Origin: Octopus bimaculoides
Taxonomy: Eukaryota
NCBI RefSeq assembly: GCF_001194135.2
Contig: NC_068995.1
Span: forward strand, 23,587,872 to 23,651,871
Length of the DNA: 64,000 bases
Direction of reading: 5' to 3'
This document shows positions 25,845 to 36,421 of the stretch, piece after piece (the stretch's first letter is position 1; each line of letters begins with the position of its first letter). Below the pieces are notes generated by a model. The model ran no database searches and was not told the origin of the DNA. It saw nothing but the letters and a program-made list of their open reading frames with translations. The position numbers and the translations under genes were made by a program.

Positions 25845-25985
25845 TAAGCACATAAAGGAAAACAAGGTGGAAAAAATTAGTACTCGTACACCGAAGGTAG
25901 AGTAGTATGCTTTTTTATTAAAGCTGCAAAATACATCACAAATAACTGCTACTCAGAGTTTCACGGTTCCGTTCATCGGGCAGTT
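25845..25985 (-). mobile_element. Short HHR-bearing repeat (second copy at 35712-35845)
   Basis: TAAGCACATAAA..AAACAAGGTGGAAAAA..AGTACTC..TATGCTTT..ACTCAGAGTT.CACG.T.CCGTTCATCGG is shared by both loci. Confidence 0.75.
25944..25985 (-). ncRNA. Minimal type-I hammerhead motif with variant core CCGAUGA
   Basis: AACTGC-CCGATGA-ACGG-aa-CCGT-GAA-ACTC-T-GAGT-A-GCAGTT: 6-bp stem I, 4-bp stem II, near-palindromic stem III, GUA site. Confidence 0.65.
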
Positions 25986-26744
25986 GTGATCAAGATTCTT
26001 TAACAAAAATGTGTGCCTGTGTTTGTGTGTGCATATGTGTGCGTGTATGTGTACGCCTGCATTTGTGTGTGTGCGTGTGTGCGTATATGTGTGCGTATGT
26101 ATGTGCGGATGAATGTGTGTCTGTTTTACTGATTCTATTAGCATCACTGCCTAGCTAACTTGCTGCATGCGAAGAACCACCTTAATACCGTCCTTAATAT
26201 ATTGATTAAAAGAGGCACTAAAGAAAATAGTACATTCGATAAAAGTGACAACTATGGCTGAAAATTGCATTCCTATCCCTGCTGAGTAATGAATGAAACG
26301 ATTGCAACAATAAATATATGTACAAATATATGCATTCAATTCTTTAACACTTAAAACTTCACCTCATTACGATTCTGCAACAAGTTATTAAAATAATCAC
26401 GAGACAATATCTTGTCATATTTTTAAAAGAGTAGCAGATTTGTCAAATTTATAAAATTGAAAATTGACGTTAAGCTACCTACGTTTTCCCATACAAAAAA
26501 TTCCTATTTGCTATATTTGTCATACGAAGTTACTCTGTGTAAAACGTTCTACCAAAATCCAAGTATTTTAAGTTATTAATATACTTTTAATCAGATTTAA
26601 TCACATTAAAAGCAATACAGAATTTATCTTAAACATCGTTTTGATTGATCTGCAACAGTTTGTTCTCCTTCGTATTTCATTAATCATTTTAATGTATCTA
26701 AAAATACCGTTTACAACCTAGGTTATTGAATAGATTTATATTCC

Positions 26745-26754
26745 TAGCAATATG

Positions 26755-26848
<94 letters not shown>

Positions 26849-26855
26849 CATATAT

Positions 26856-26892
<37 letters not shown>

Positions 26893-27250
26893 AATATATA
26901 CACACATATGTATACATATTCACGCACACAAACCATGTATGTGTATATGTGTATATATGCATTAGTATATGTATATATACATATAAAAATACATGTAAGC
27001 TTATGTGTATGTGTGTGTAGATATGAATATATATATATATATATATGTATATATGTGTCTGTGTGTGTGTGTGTGTATGTGTGTACATATGCTTATATAT
27101 ATGCACACAAACACATACACATATGCACACACACACATACACACATACATATATATATATATATACATACACACATACACACATACACAAACACAAACAC
27201 ACTTAAACACAGAGGGAGAGAGAAATAGAAAATGAGAGAGAAAGAGAGAG
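26745..27250. repeat. Large compound (TA)/(CA)/(TG)/(AG) microsatellite block
   Basis: Read directly from the sequence. Confidence 0.95.
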
Positions 27251-27524
27251 ATAAAGGCAGGATAGATCAAATTTTAAAATCTTTTGTTCATCCATGAGAC
27301 ATATTTAATCACCGAGAGTGGACAATGAATCAACATGTAATCGGTACTATGGCAATGTGATATATACTCAGCAACGAAAAATGGAACGTATTGAATACTT
27401 ACAAGTTATCTTGAAACACGCCCCTCCCCAACACACATGTATACACTCACTGACACAGACAGACAGACACAGGCACACACACACATAGAATTAATGAAAT
27501 ATGTTTACATATAATATGCGTACG

Positions 27525-27560
<36 letters not shown>

Positions 27561-27565
<5 letters not shown>

Positions 27566-27726
27566 GGTGTCCACACAGTCTAGGTACATGGGATTAACAG
27601 ATACTTTAAGAAATTATTATTTCTTATATTTAATTGTTTATGTTATGATTATATTTACTCCATGTACCCACATGGGGATAACACATACTTTAAGAAATTA
27701 TTATTTCTTATATTTAATTGTTTATG
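27561..27726. mobile_element. Tc1/mariner-type MITE end inserted in (TA)n, with a 42-bp direct duplication next to a gap
   Basis: TA-CAGGGTGTCCAC..GGTACATGG has a partial inverted partner CCATGTACC at 27660. Positions 27601-27642 are identical to 27685-27726. Confidence 0.5.
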
Positions 27727-28500
27727 NNNNNNNNNNNNNNNNNNNNNNNNNNNNNNNNNNNNNNNNNNNNNNNNNNNNNNNNNNNNNNNNNNNNNNNNNN
27801 NNNNNNNNNNNNNNNNNNNNNNNNNNNNNNNNNNNNNNNNNNNNNNNNNNNNNNNNNNNNNNNNNNNNNNNNNNNNNNNNNNNNNNNNNNNNNNNNNNNN
27901 NNNNNNNNNNNNNNNNNNNNNNNNNNNNNNNNNNNNNNNNNNNNNNNNNNNNNNNNNNNNNNNNNNNNNNNNNNNNNNNNNNNNNNNNNNNNNNNNNNNN
28001 NNNNNNNNNNNNNNNNNNNNNNNNNNNNNNNNNNNNNNNNNNNNNNNNNNNNNNNNNNNNNNNNNNNNNNNNNNNNNNNNNNNNNNNNNNNNNNNNNNNN
28101 NNNNNNNNNNNNNNNNNNNNNNNNNNNNNNNNNNNNNNNNNNNNNNNNNNNNNNNNNNNNNNNNNNNNNNNNNNNNNNNNNNNNNNNNNNNNNNNNNNNN
28201 NNNNNNNNNNNNNNNNNNNNNNNNNNNNNNNNNNNNNNNNNNNNNNNNNNNNNNNNNNNNNNNNNNNNNNNNNNNNNNNNNNNNNNNNNNNNNNNNNNNN
28301 NNNNNNNNNNNNNNNNNNNNNNNNNNNNNNNNNNNNNNNNNNNNNNNNNNNNNNNNNNNNNNNNNNNNNNNNNNNNNNNNNNNNNNNNNNNNNNNNNNNN
28401 NNNNNNNNNNNNNNNNNNNNNNNNNNNNNNNNNNNNNNNNNNNNNNNNNNNNNNNNNNNNNNNNNNNNNNNNNNNNNNNNNNNNNNNNNNNNNNNNNNNN

Positions 28501-28552
<52 letters not shown>

Positions 28553-28653
28553 ACGCACGCACACAAAAGCGTACACAATATCGCAAGAGGACATTACCAC
28601 AAAAGATATTAATTATTCTGTGGGAGGTGATGTCAGAATGAACATTATCTCCA

Positions 28654-30260
28654 TCAACTTGATATCGGAGATAATTTATCCAAAGTTGTTGGTTCTTTGT
28701 GACGTATCATTTCTTTATATAACCCAGTGCAGAGACTGAGCTCATTGTAAACTCCTCGTGTAATGTTTATATTGCAATTGCGATCATTATCAGTTGAAAC
28801 CTGCATTCCTTCAGCAATAATTTTTGTAGTCAATTTCAATGTGTGGAACGTCCGTTGGTTCATCTGTATTCTCAGTTTATTCTTTTTCTAATAACATCAG
28901 CTCCTCGTTAGATGAACTCTCTCTCTGGAACTTTAGCAACTCAATCATATCCCCCACCTATGACTTCTTTAAATCATTCATCCTTTCCATATGTCATATT
29001 TTCCCGAAATCCATTTAGACGTTCTGCTTGAGGACAGCTTGTTACACATACAATTTAGCCTTGTTATTTTTCAAGTTCTATTCTAAGTTGAAGTTTGGGC
29101 TTCATCCATGACTCACCAATATTATCCACAGCATCTGTTAAGCTGGATTCCTTCCAGAAATCTCTAACTGCATCTTTATCCTCCCTGTAAATTGCTTTCA
29201 TAGGTTGTTTGAAAGTTCTCATATAATATGACTTGAAATCAGCTGTCACACCCTGTTCGCTTCGCTGAAGTATATTCGTTGAACCTTGGGGATATATTCT
29301 CTTCTCACATTATCAGAAAAGACGTGTAAATTCGTTGGGTGGTTTGGTGTATTGTCGAAAAGAAGCAATGTTTGATTGAGAATATTGTGCGTGACACTGT
29401 GCTTCGCTACGATAGAACAAAAAACGTTAGTAAACCCTTTGAAAAGGCTTTCAGCTATCCATACCTTCTTATTTGAATGCCAAATAGAACTAGAGTAAAC
29501 TTTGTTAGGTATGATACACATGTAGGCGCTTAATTTCATATCGCCGGCGGCATTTACTCCCCAAAATAAGTCAGACGATTTTTGAAAACTCTAAATCTTG
29601 GTGCAGATTTTCCTTCCTAATAAATAAATGTTCGAACAGACATGAACTTCCAGAAATGTGCAGTTTCATCAACATTGTATACTTGTTTTGGTATGCGGCC
29701 CCCTTCAGCGATCATTCTCTTCAACTGCCCAGGATAATTATTAGCTGCTGTTGTAACAGCGCTCACAGTGTTATTAGTAATTTTATGTAGTGCGAATTCA
29801 TGTGCTTCTTTAATTTCTCAGACCAGCCTTTGCTAGCCAAAAAATGATTTTCGGGAGAAGTTTCACCTTCTTCTTCATTTTCACTCTCTCTTTTTTTTTC
29901 TTTTTCTTTTGTATGTGTGTTTTATGTATTACTATCCTGTTTATCAGCACTTAACGGTGATTCTGATCTTCTGTCCATACAGCCAAGAGTCGTTCCATTT
30001 TAAACAATAAATTAGATCTATGGAAAAATAAGGCCCGGATACTTAACAGAGTGGCTTCTTGAAGACTTATATAATTTTCTCTCTCTTGTCACGTATTGTT
30101 CCTCTGTAGACGTTGCAAGATTTTGTTTTGGCAATATAACTTAGTTTTACTTCCGCATGAACTATTTTTAACACACTAAGTATAATATGCAGCGTAATCC
30201 TTTCGCACGATTGCCTTCAGCTCTACTTGATAGTTTCTTTCTAGACATCTTAAATTGCTA
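28654..30260 (-). mobile_element. Tigger/pogo-type DNA transposase relic (DDE_1 family)
   Basis: Fragmented frames: KMERLLAVWTEDQN; FLASKGWSEKLKK; QVYNVDETAHFWK; KNRLT..NAAGDMKL; LLLFDNTPNHP; FKSYYMRTF..RDFWK..DAVDNIGESW. Confidence 0.88.
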
Positions 30261-30707
30261 ATAAAAAATTGGCTCAGGAAGGATCTGATTTCTGAGAGCG
30301 GAAACTGTCGTTCCCATTGAGGCAATAATGAAAATTAGATGAAAAGATGAGGAACTGAAAAAAGAGAAAGATCATTATGATTGCAATTAGCTGAAGTTTC
30401 ACTAGATTTTATGAAATTATTCTCACCTTGCACTTCTAACTTAAGTCATGAATCCACATGAGGTTCACACCCATGCGCATACGTTTTGGTGTACAAACTG
30501 GTATCCGTTGTAGCCATTCGGATTCAAAAGTTGGTGGATTAACAGTCGGGATAATCAAATTTGGATATCACTCACGGTGGTATTTGCTTTACGATAAGTT
30601 AGATCTAACCATAACAACAATCACCACACCAACTAACAAATCGGTTCTTTGGTTAACGTGCTGCTTAAACAATATAAAATCGAAGTACATATAGCTACAT
30701 ATACACT

Positions 30708-30708
<1 letters not shown>

Positions 30709-30801
<93 letters not shown>
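30709..30801. repeat. (CAGA)n(TAGA)n compound tetranucleotide microsatellite
   Basis: Read directly from the sequence. Confidence 0.95.
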
Positions 30802-30802
<1 letters not shown>

Positions 30803-31225
30803 GTTGTATTTGTCCTGTCATATCAATACTTGTATCAGTCGTTAGACTGCAGCGTTCCCTTGAAGAATTTTATATCTGTTGTTTAACTATTATTTCTAGC
30901 ATATGCTATATATGTGTGTGTTTCTCTCAGGCATGTATTTCGTGACGATGATTAAATGTCAGTTATTAAAGTATTACTAAAACAAATATTTAAGTTTATG
31001 ATGTAAGAACTTTTAATATATGCTTGAGCAATTAAAATTACTAGCCAAATTACACCATGCTCTTTTATCTACGTAGTTTCATATTTACGTAAAAGCTACA
31101 GTATGGCAGCTATAGTTGTTAGAATTATCAGCCAGAACCAACTAACTAATCGGTTGTTTAACACGCTAGCTAAAACGAAGTACATATATATATGTGTGTG
31201 TGTATGTATGTACATATACATACAT

Positions 31226-31258
<33 letters not shown>

Positions 31259-31273
31259 NNNNNNNNNNCATAT

Positions 31274-31305
<32 letters not shown>

Positions 31306-32176
31306 TTACATGTGCAATATGTATGTATGGATATGTAATATATTAAGACCATCAGTATCTCTATACTGTACATCAGTATCTCTATATAAATAACACAAAG
31401 TAGATGATAATCGATAATCAATAAAGTTTATTAATCAATCTTTCCAACATGCTTCACTCCATATCAAATAAGAAAGAAATTACGATCAGATGACCACCAA
31501 TATAAAACGCCACAGCATAGCAACAAAAGTTCCAAATTGTATGATAAGTCTGTGTATGAGTAAAATGGAATATATGGTTACGTACTAAAATAGTTTCAAA
31601 AGTTTCTCCGAGTGCATTTTATGTAACTTTAAGGTGATATGTTACTGTTTAGTGTTCCTCCTTTTCGGATCCTTTTGTTTCTATTGCTCACTTGTCTATT
31701 GTCGTCTAGTAGTCTATTATCAAAAGAAAACGAGAATAATTCGTACATTGAACAACCGAAAAGGGAGTGGAAATTGGAATGGGTCAAGCAATCAATCACC
31801 TTCCTCCTACACAAGCTAACTCCAGTGAGGTAGGGTAGAGGTTTGGTCTTAATAAGGTGATTTCCTTATCTGTAGAAATGGAGTTTTGGGGGATGGTTTT
31901 GGAGAGTTGATAGGTGATTAACATTATCAGTATTTGATATTAAAATTGAAAGCAAGGCGCTCAGCCAATGACAGTATAAACAATAAAAGAATCCATATAT
32001 AGTGCCGTTAGTAATATACTTGTACTTACACAAAACCACATGTATCAGGTCATCCCATAAATTCTGTCCAAATTTTGAATACAGAAATCAAATGATCAAA
32101 TGATTAATTGTTATATTTAATTGAAATTTAATCATCAATGTACTTTCCCTGATTATCTATGACTTCTTTCCATCTT

Positions 32177-32458
32177 CTATATTCAAGAGATGAGGAATAT
32201 ATGTACATTATTCACATTATTTACAATTGACGGATATTTGTCCTCATCTGGTTTGTTGTTAACACAACGCTTCGGCTGATATACCCTCCAGCCTTATATA
32301 GGTGTACTGGGGAAATTTCGAACCTGGGTTCTCATTCCAAAGATATTTTTCGATGTTGTTATTATTATTATTATCATTATTATTATTCAGGTCACTGCCT
32401 GAAATAGAACTCGGTATCTTGGGGTTAGTAGCCCGCGCTCTTAACCACCACGCCATAT
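32177..32458 (-). repeat. Inverted 5' pLTR (tRNA-like head, (AAT)n, decayed HHR)
   Basis: Reverse complement of 33502-33760, with the same module order. Confidence 0.85.
32261..32306 (-). ncRNA. Decayed hammerhead in the inverted pLTR
   Basis: GTACAC-CTATATA-A-GGCTG..CAGCC-GAA-GCGT-T-GTGTT. The stems are retained and the core is mutated. Confidence 0.45.
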
Positions 32459-32461
32459 TGT

Positions 32462-33465
32462 TATTAATACACGCACCAAGTATGGATTCAGGACATCCGT
32501 ATGCCGCAAGTCGACCTTCACTGGACGATACCTCAACTACAACTCCCACCATCTATACAGTTTAAAGAGAGGGATTGCTCAGTACCTAAAACATCGAGCA
32601 ATGAATATAAGTAGCGATTGTGATATACTCCACGAAGAAATGATCAAGCTCAGTAACAATCTATTAAGCAATAACTACTCCAAAACATACTCTCCACTCC
32701 AATTATGAGGAAAGAGCGGATGAAACCAAAAAACTGTCCACAGTCTGTCTACCCTATGTGAAAGGTCTCTCCGAAAACATACAAAAGATATGTTATTTCT
32801 TTACTACCCACAAGGGGCTACACACAGAGGGGACAAACAAGGACGGACAAACGGATTAAGTCGATTATACCGACCCTAGTGCGTAACTGGTACTTATTTA
32901 ATCGACCCCGAAAGGATGAAAGTCAAAGTCGACCTCGGCGGAATTTGAACTCAGAACGTAGCGGCAGACGAAATACCGCTAAGCATTTCGCCCGGCGTGC
33001 TAACGTTTCTGCCAGATCGCCGCCTTTAAAAAAAAGATATGTGGCTCATATGACATCAGGACAGTATTCAAGAGTAACACAACACTTTGCAAATATCTCT
33101 TTCGAGTAAATCCACCAGTAGAAGAGAATATGACCAAAAACTGTGTGTACTCCATCCATGCAGCTGTGGTAGGTTATACAAAGGCAAAACATGCCGCGCC
33201 CTCAAAATAATAGAAACATCGCAAAGCTGTGAGACAGGGAGATATTGATAAATCGGGTATAGCTGATTATGTATGGAAAAATGGAAACCACCTCCCCATG
33301 TGGGATGAAGTTAAAATAATAGACAGAGAACAACACTGGAAAATATGAAAACTAAAAGAAGCAGCACATATGCTAGGACACCACAACCTCCTAAGCAGAC
33401 CGAGTGCAGATATGAACAGCATGTGGGAAACGGTACTAAGGAAGGATAGGAGAATATTAAATTGA
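32462..33465 (+). pseudogene. Penelope-like ORF relic: RT C-terminus plus GIY-YIG endonuclease, interrupted by a SINE
   Basis: GFRTSVCRKSTFTGRYLNYNSHH..KRGI..LKHRAMNIS; TVCLPYVKGLSENIQKIC|GSYDIRTVFKS; NCVYSI.CSCGRLYKGKT..EHRKAV..KSGIADYVW..H..WDEVKIIDRE..W...KEAAHM. The stop is at 33463-33465. Confidence 0.88.
32794..33027 (-). mobile_element. SINE family B, full length, with an 11-bp TSD
   Basis: AAAAGATATGT at 32783-32793 and 33032-33042; removing the SINE restores the Penelope frame (QKIC-GSY). Confidence 0.92.
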
Positions 33466-33501
33466 TAAGGTCTAAAATTCACTCCATAATTGCCCACGAG
33501 C

Positions 33502-33760
33502 ATATGGCGTAGTGGTTAAGAGTATGGGCTATTGAGCCCAAGATTCCGAGTTCGATTCGATGCAGTGACCTGAATTATAATAATAATAACAACAACAACA
33601 ACAACAACAACATCGAAAAATACCTTAGGAATGAAAACCTAGGTTCGAAATTTCTACAATGCACCTGATGAAGGCTGGAGTGTGTATCAGCCGAAACATT
33701 GTGTTAACAAACAAGATGAGGACAAATATCCGTCAATTGTAAATAACGTAAATAAGGTAC
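33502..33760 (+). repeat. 3' pLTR: tRNA-like Pol III head, (AAT/AAC)n, hammerhead
   Basis: TGGCGTAGTGGTTAAG (A box / D arm), TGGGC-tattga-GCCCA (anticodon-like hairpin), GAGTTCGATTC (B box), then a microsatellite and the HHR. Confidence 0.85.
33661..33704 (+). ncRNA. Hammerhead ribozyme motif in the Penelope 3' pLTR
   Basis: GCAC-CTGATGA-A-GGCTG-gagtgtgtat-CAGCC-GAA-ACAT-T-GTGT. The core is canonical; stem III is likely decayed from ACGT, since the other pLTR has GCGT. Confidence 0.7.
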
Positions 33761-34633
33761 CTACCATCTTTCTACAAGCTTTTTAATCCCATCAATGTAA
33801 AACTCTTTGGTTTCAAAGCGAAGAACTCTGAAATGTCAATTTTGACCTCCTCCTGGGAAAGTTATGTCCCCCAAATGATTCTGTAAACAACGAAACAAAT
33901 GGTAAAATCGGACAGAACTTATGGAATGACCTGATATATGTCAATACATAAAATGCTGTTAGAAAAGCACTTTAACACACTATACGTTCATACACATTTA
34001 GATGAAAAAAATGTACACACACTACATAGATACACATAACAATACACTTATACATACAAATATAAACGTACGTATATGATCACGAGTATATATGTCTGCA
34101 AACACATACATACACACATACACATACATACACGCATACAAAACATACATTCATTTCAAGCTTAAACGACCATATTTATACGTATGAATAACCACATAAA
34201 AATATGTATAAACTCCTTCAAGATATGCACGTGCTTGTGTGAGTGTGTGTAAGCATATACGGAAACAGTTGCATGTAAATATACATATACACGCACATCT
34301 ATATGCACACAACTAATAGGTACACGTTCTTGCATATAAACTCACATATATACATACACAAGTGTGCATCTATCGAATTTTAAGTCAACAATAGTCACTC
34401 TTTATTACGAGGATGGCGAACAAAATGTGAGCCGGGTAGATTCGCACGTGCTGGTCCTAAGGGAGAGGGTTGAAGAACGTTTTGGTAGTTACAAATATAA
34501 TGTGTTGGGGTAGTGGTGTGAATGTGTGTCCGTCCATGTGTGCATTTGTATATGTATGTATGTATGCTTACGTGTGTGCGTATGCGCGTGCGCGCGCGTG
34601 TAGGTGCATGTATGTATAAACATATATATATAC

Positions 34634-35216
34634 ACATTTATAAACATAATTAAGGGATCAGCAACAGTTGCTTCACCACATACCGAAGTTCAGAAATAGC
34701 AACTAAAGTGTTGAAACTCCAACAGATAGTATTACCTGTAACTCACAAAGCAAAACAAGAAGAAAAAAACAACGAACCAAACTAGTCGTAGTTAATCATA
34801 TACGCGTTTCTGGCTTAGAAGGGAAAAACAGATTTTCTGCGCTATTGCTTGCGACGCACATGGTAATTCTTGAGGAGGGATGATGAGCTGGCTGGCCTAT
34901 GTAGGTTCGGAGATGGTTTCAAATTGTGCCGATTGCATGATGTCGTTCGGTCATGCATGCACACTTGCTAGCATCGTCGAATTTGCAACTGGAATATCAT
35001 ACTGATGAGGCAATGAAGAGTTTCTCCCTTCTAAGCTAGAAACGCGTATACGATTAACTACGACTAGTTTGGTTCGTTATTTTTAACTTCTTGTTTTGCC
35101 TTTGTGAGTTACAGGTAATGCTATCTGTTGGAGTTTCAACACTTTAGCTGCTATTTCTGAATTTCAGTATGTGGTGAAGCAACTGTTGCTGATCCCTTAA
35201 TTATGTTTATAAATGT
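34634..35216. mobile_element. Foldback element: inverted arms of about 196 bp around a spacer of about 190 bp, containing an HHR (PLE-derived?)
   Basis: 34634-34829 is the near-exact reverse complement of 35020-35216, with only scattered mismatches and small indels. Confidence 0.85.
34996..35054 (+). ncRNA. Type-I hammerhead motif spanning the spacer/right-arm junction
   Basis: ATCATA-CTGATGA-GGC..(GAAG/GAG-ttt-CTC/CTTC)..GCT-A-GAA-ACGCGT-A-TACGAT. The left arm preserves GCC and TATGAT, which would give perfect stems. Stem III is the palindrome ACGCGT and the site is GUA. Confidence 0.7.
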
Positions 35217-35711
35217 ATAAGAACTTTTAAATAAGTTCTTCACGATAATGGTGTTTACATACCGAAGGGCTTGGTAAAAATTATTAATTATTAATTTATT
35301 AATAAATTAATAANNNNNNNNNNNNNNNNNNNNNNNNNNNNNNNNNNNNNNNNNNNNNNNNNNNNNNNNNNNNNNNNNNNNNNNNNNNNNNNNNNNNNNN
35401 NNNNNNNNNNNNNNNNNNNNNNNNNNNNNNNNNNNNNNNNNNNNNNNNNNNNNNNNNNNNNNNNNNNNNNNNNNNNNNNNNNNNNNNNNNNNNNNNNNNN
35501 NNNNNNNNNNNNNNNNNNNNNNNNNNNNNNNNNNNNNNNNNNNNNNNNNNNNNNNNNNNNNNNNNNNNNNNNNNNNNNNNNNNNNNNNNNNNNNNNNNNN
35601 NNNNNNNNNNNNNNNNNNNNNNNNNNNNNNNNNNNNNNNNNNNNNNNNNNNNNNNNNNNNNNNNNNNNNNNNNNNNNNNNATATATATATATATATATAT
35701 ATATACCGGAG

Positions 35712-35845
35712 TAAGCACATAAATGTGAAACAAGGTGGAAAAAAGAGTACTCAAATATCAGAGGTATGCTTTATTTAAAAGCAGCAGAAATATAACAAAA
35801 AGCTGTTACTCAGAGTTCCACGTTCCCGTTCATCGGAGAGATTTG
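35712..35845 (-). mobile_element. Second copy of the CCGAUGA-HHR repeat; HHR at 35803-35840 decayed
   Basis: CCGATGA-ACG-ggaa-CGT-GGA-ACTCTGAGT-A-ACAG; GAA is mutated to GGA and stem I is mismatched. Confidence 0.65.
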
Positions 35846-36390
35846 TGAGAAATGGGAGAGAAATGACGATGCAATCAAAACTAATGTAAATTAAAAAACA
35901 TGCAACTGTTTCATTGGTCGTTTCAAATAACGGTCTTAGGTATGCGATAAACAAAATAAACAAAACAAATGAATTCAATATAGATTCATCCTATTCGAAT
36001 TATCGCTCAATTAACACATTAAAATTAAAATAAAATTTACGCTGCATTACATAAAAAATAAAAATTATACAACGGTATATACGTATACTAGACTATCTAC
36101 AGCATACATATACACATCAAAATACACAGATGCATACGCACAGACAATATACATACGTATAGGCATATATTTGTAAGACATAAATACATGCATGAATACA
36201 CATGTATACATGTACACATATGCACGGAATGATGCCCGCATACGAAAATTATTCAGCGTTGGAACAGGCAAGTGTATCTTAGATTATGGAGGGGGCAAGT
36301 AAGGGGTGGAGAAGAGTAACGCATTGATAAAGGACGTTACTAATGCAGAAAGGGAGAAAGCATGGTTTTCGTGAGGAAAGAAAGAAAGAG

Positions 36391-36421
<31 letters not shown>

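Larger units (their letters stand above)
32177..33760 (+). mobile_element. Penelope-like element: inverted 5' pLTR, truncated RT-end/GIY-YIG ORF, 3' pLTR
   Basis: The ORF relic is flanked by two copies of the same terminal repeat of about 260-280 bp in opposite orientations, an arrangement known for 5'-truncated Penelope-like copies. Confidence 0.88.
32043..33936 (-). mobile_element. Internally deleted mariner split by a Penelope-like insertion
   Basis: TIRs of about 33 bp, TATCAGGTCAT.CCATAA.TTCTGTCC.A.TTT, lie at 32043-32076 and 33904-33936. The transposase C-terminus SQEEVKIDISEFFALKPK/EFYIDGIKKLVERW (right part) continues as RWKEVIDNQGKYIDD* (left part). CCATCTT is duplicated at 32170-32176 and 33764-33770. 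Confidence 0.85.

Noticed and set aside
27601-27726. 42-bp perfect duplication as a biological repeat
   Set aside because: It abuts a gap edge, where overlap artefacts are common, and cannot be distinguished from one without reads.
33502-33570. tRNA-like segments (also at 63181, 11192 and 17582) as real tRNA genes
   Set aside because: They lack a proper acceptor stem and canonical anticodon loop, and each is fused to a repeat body, so they are SINE or pLTR heads.
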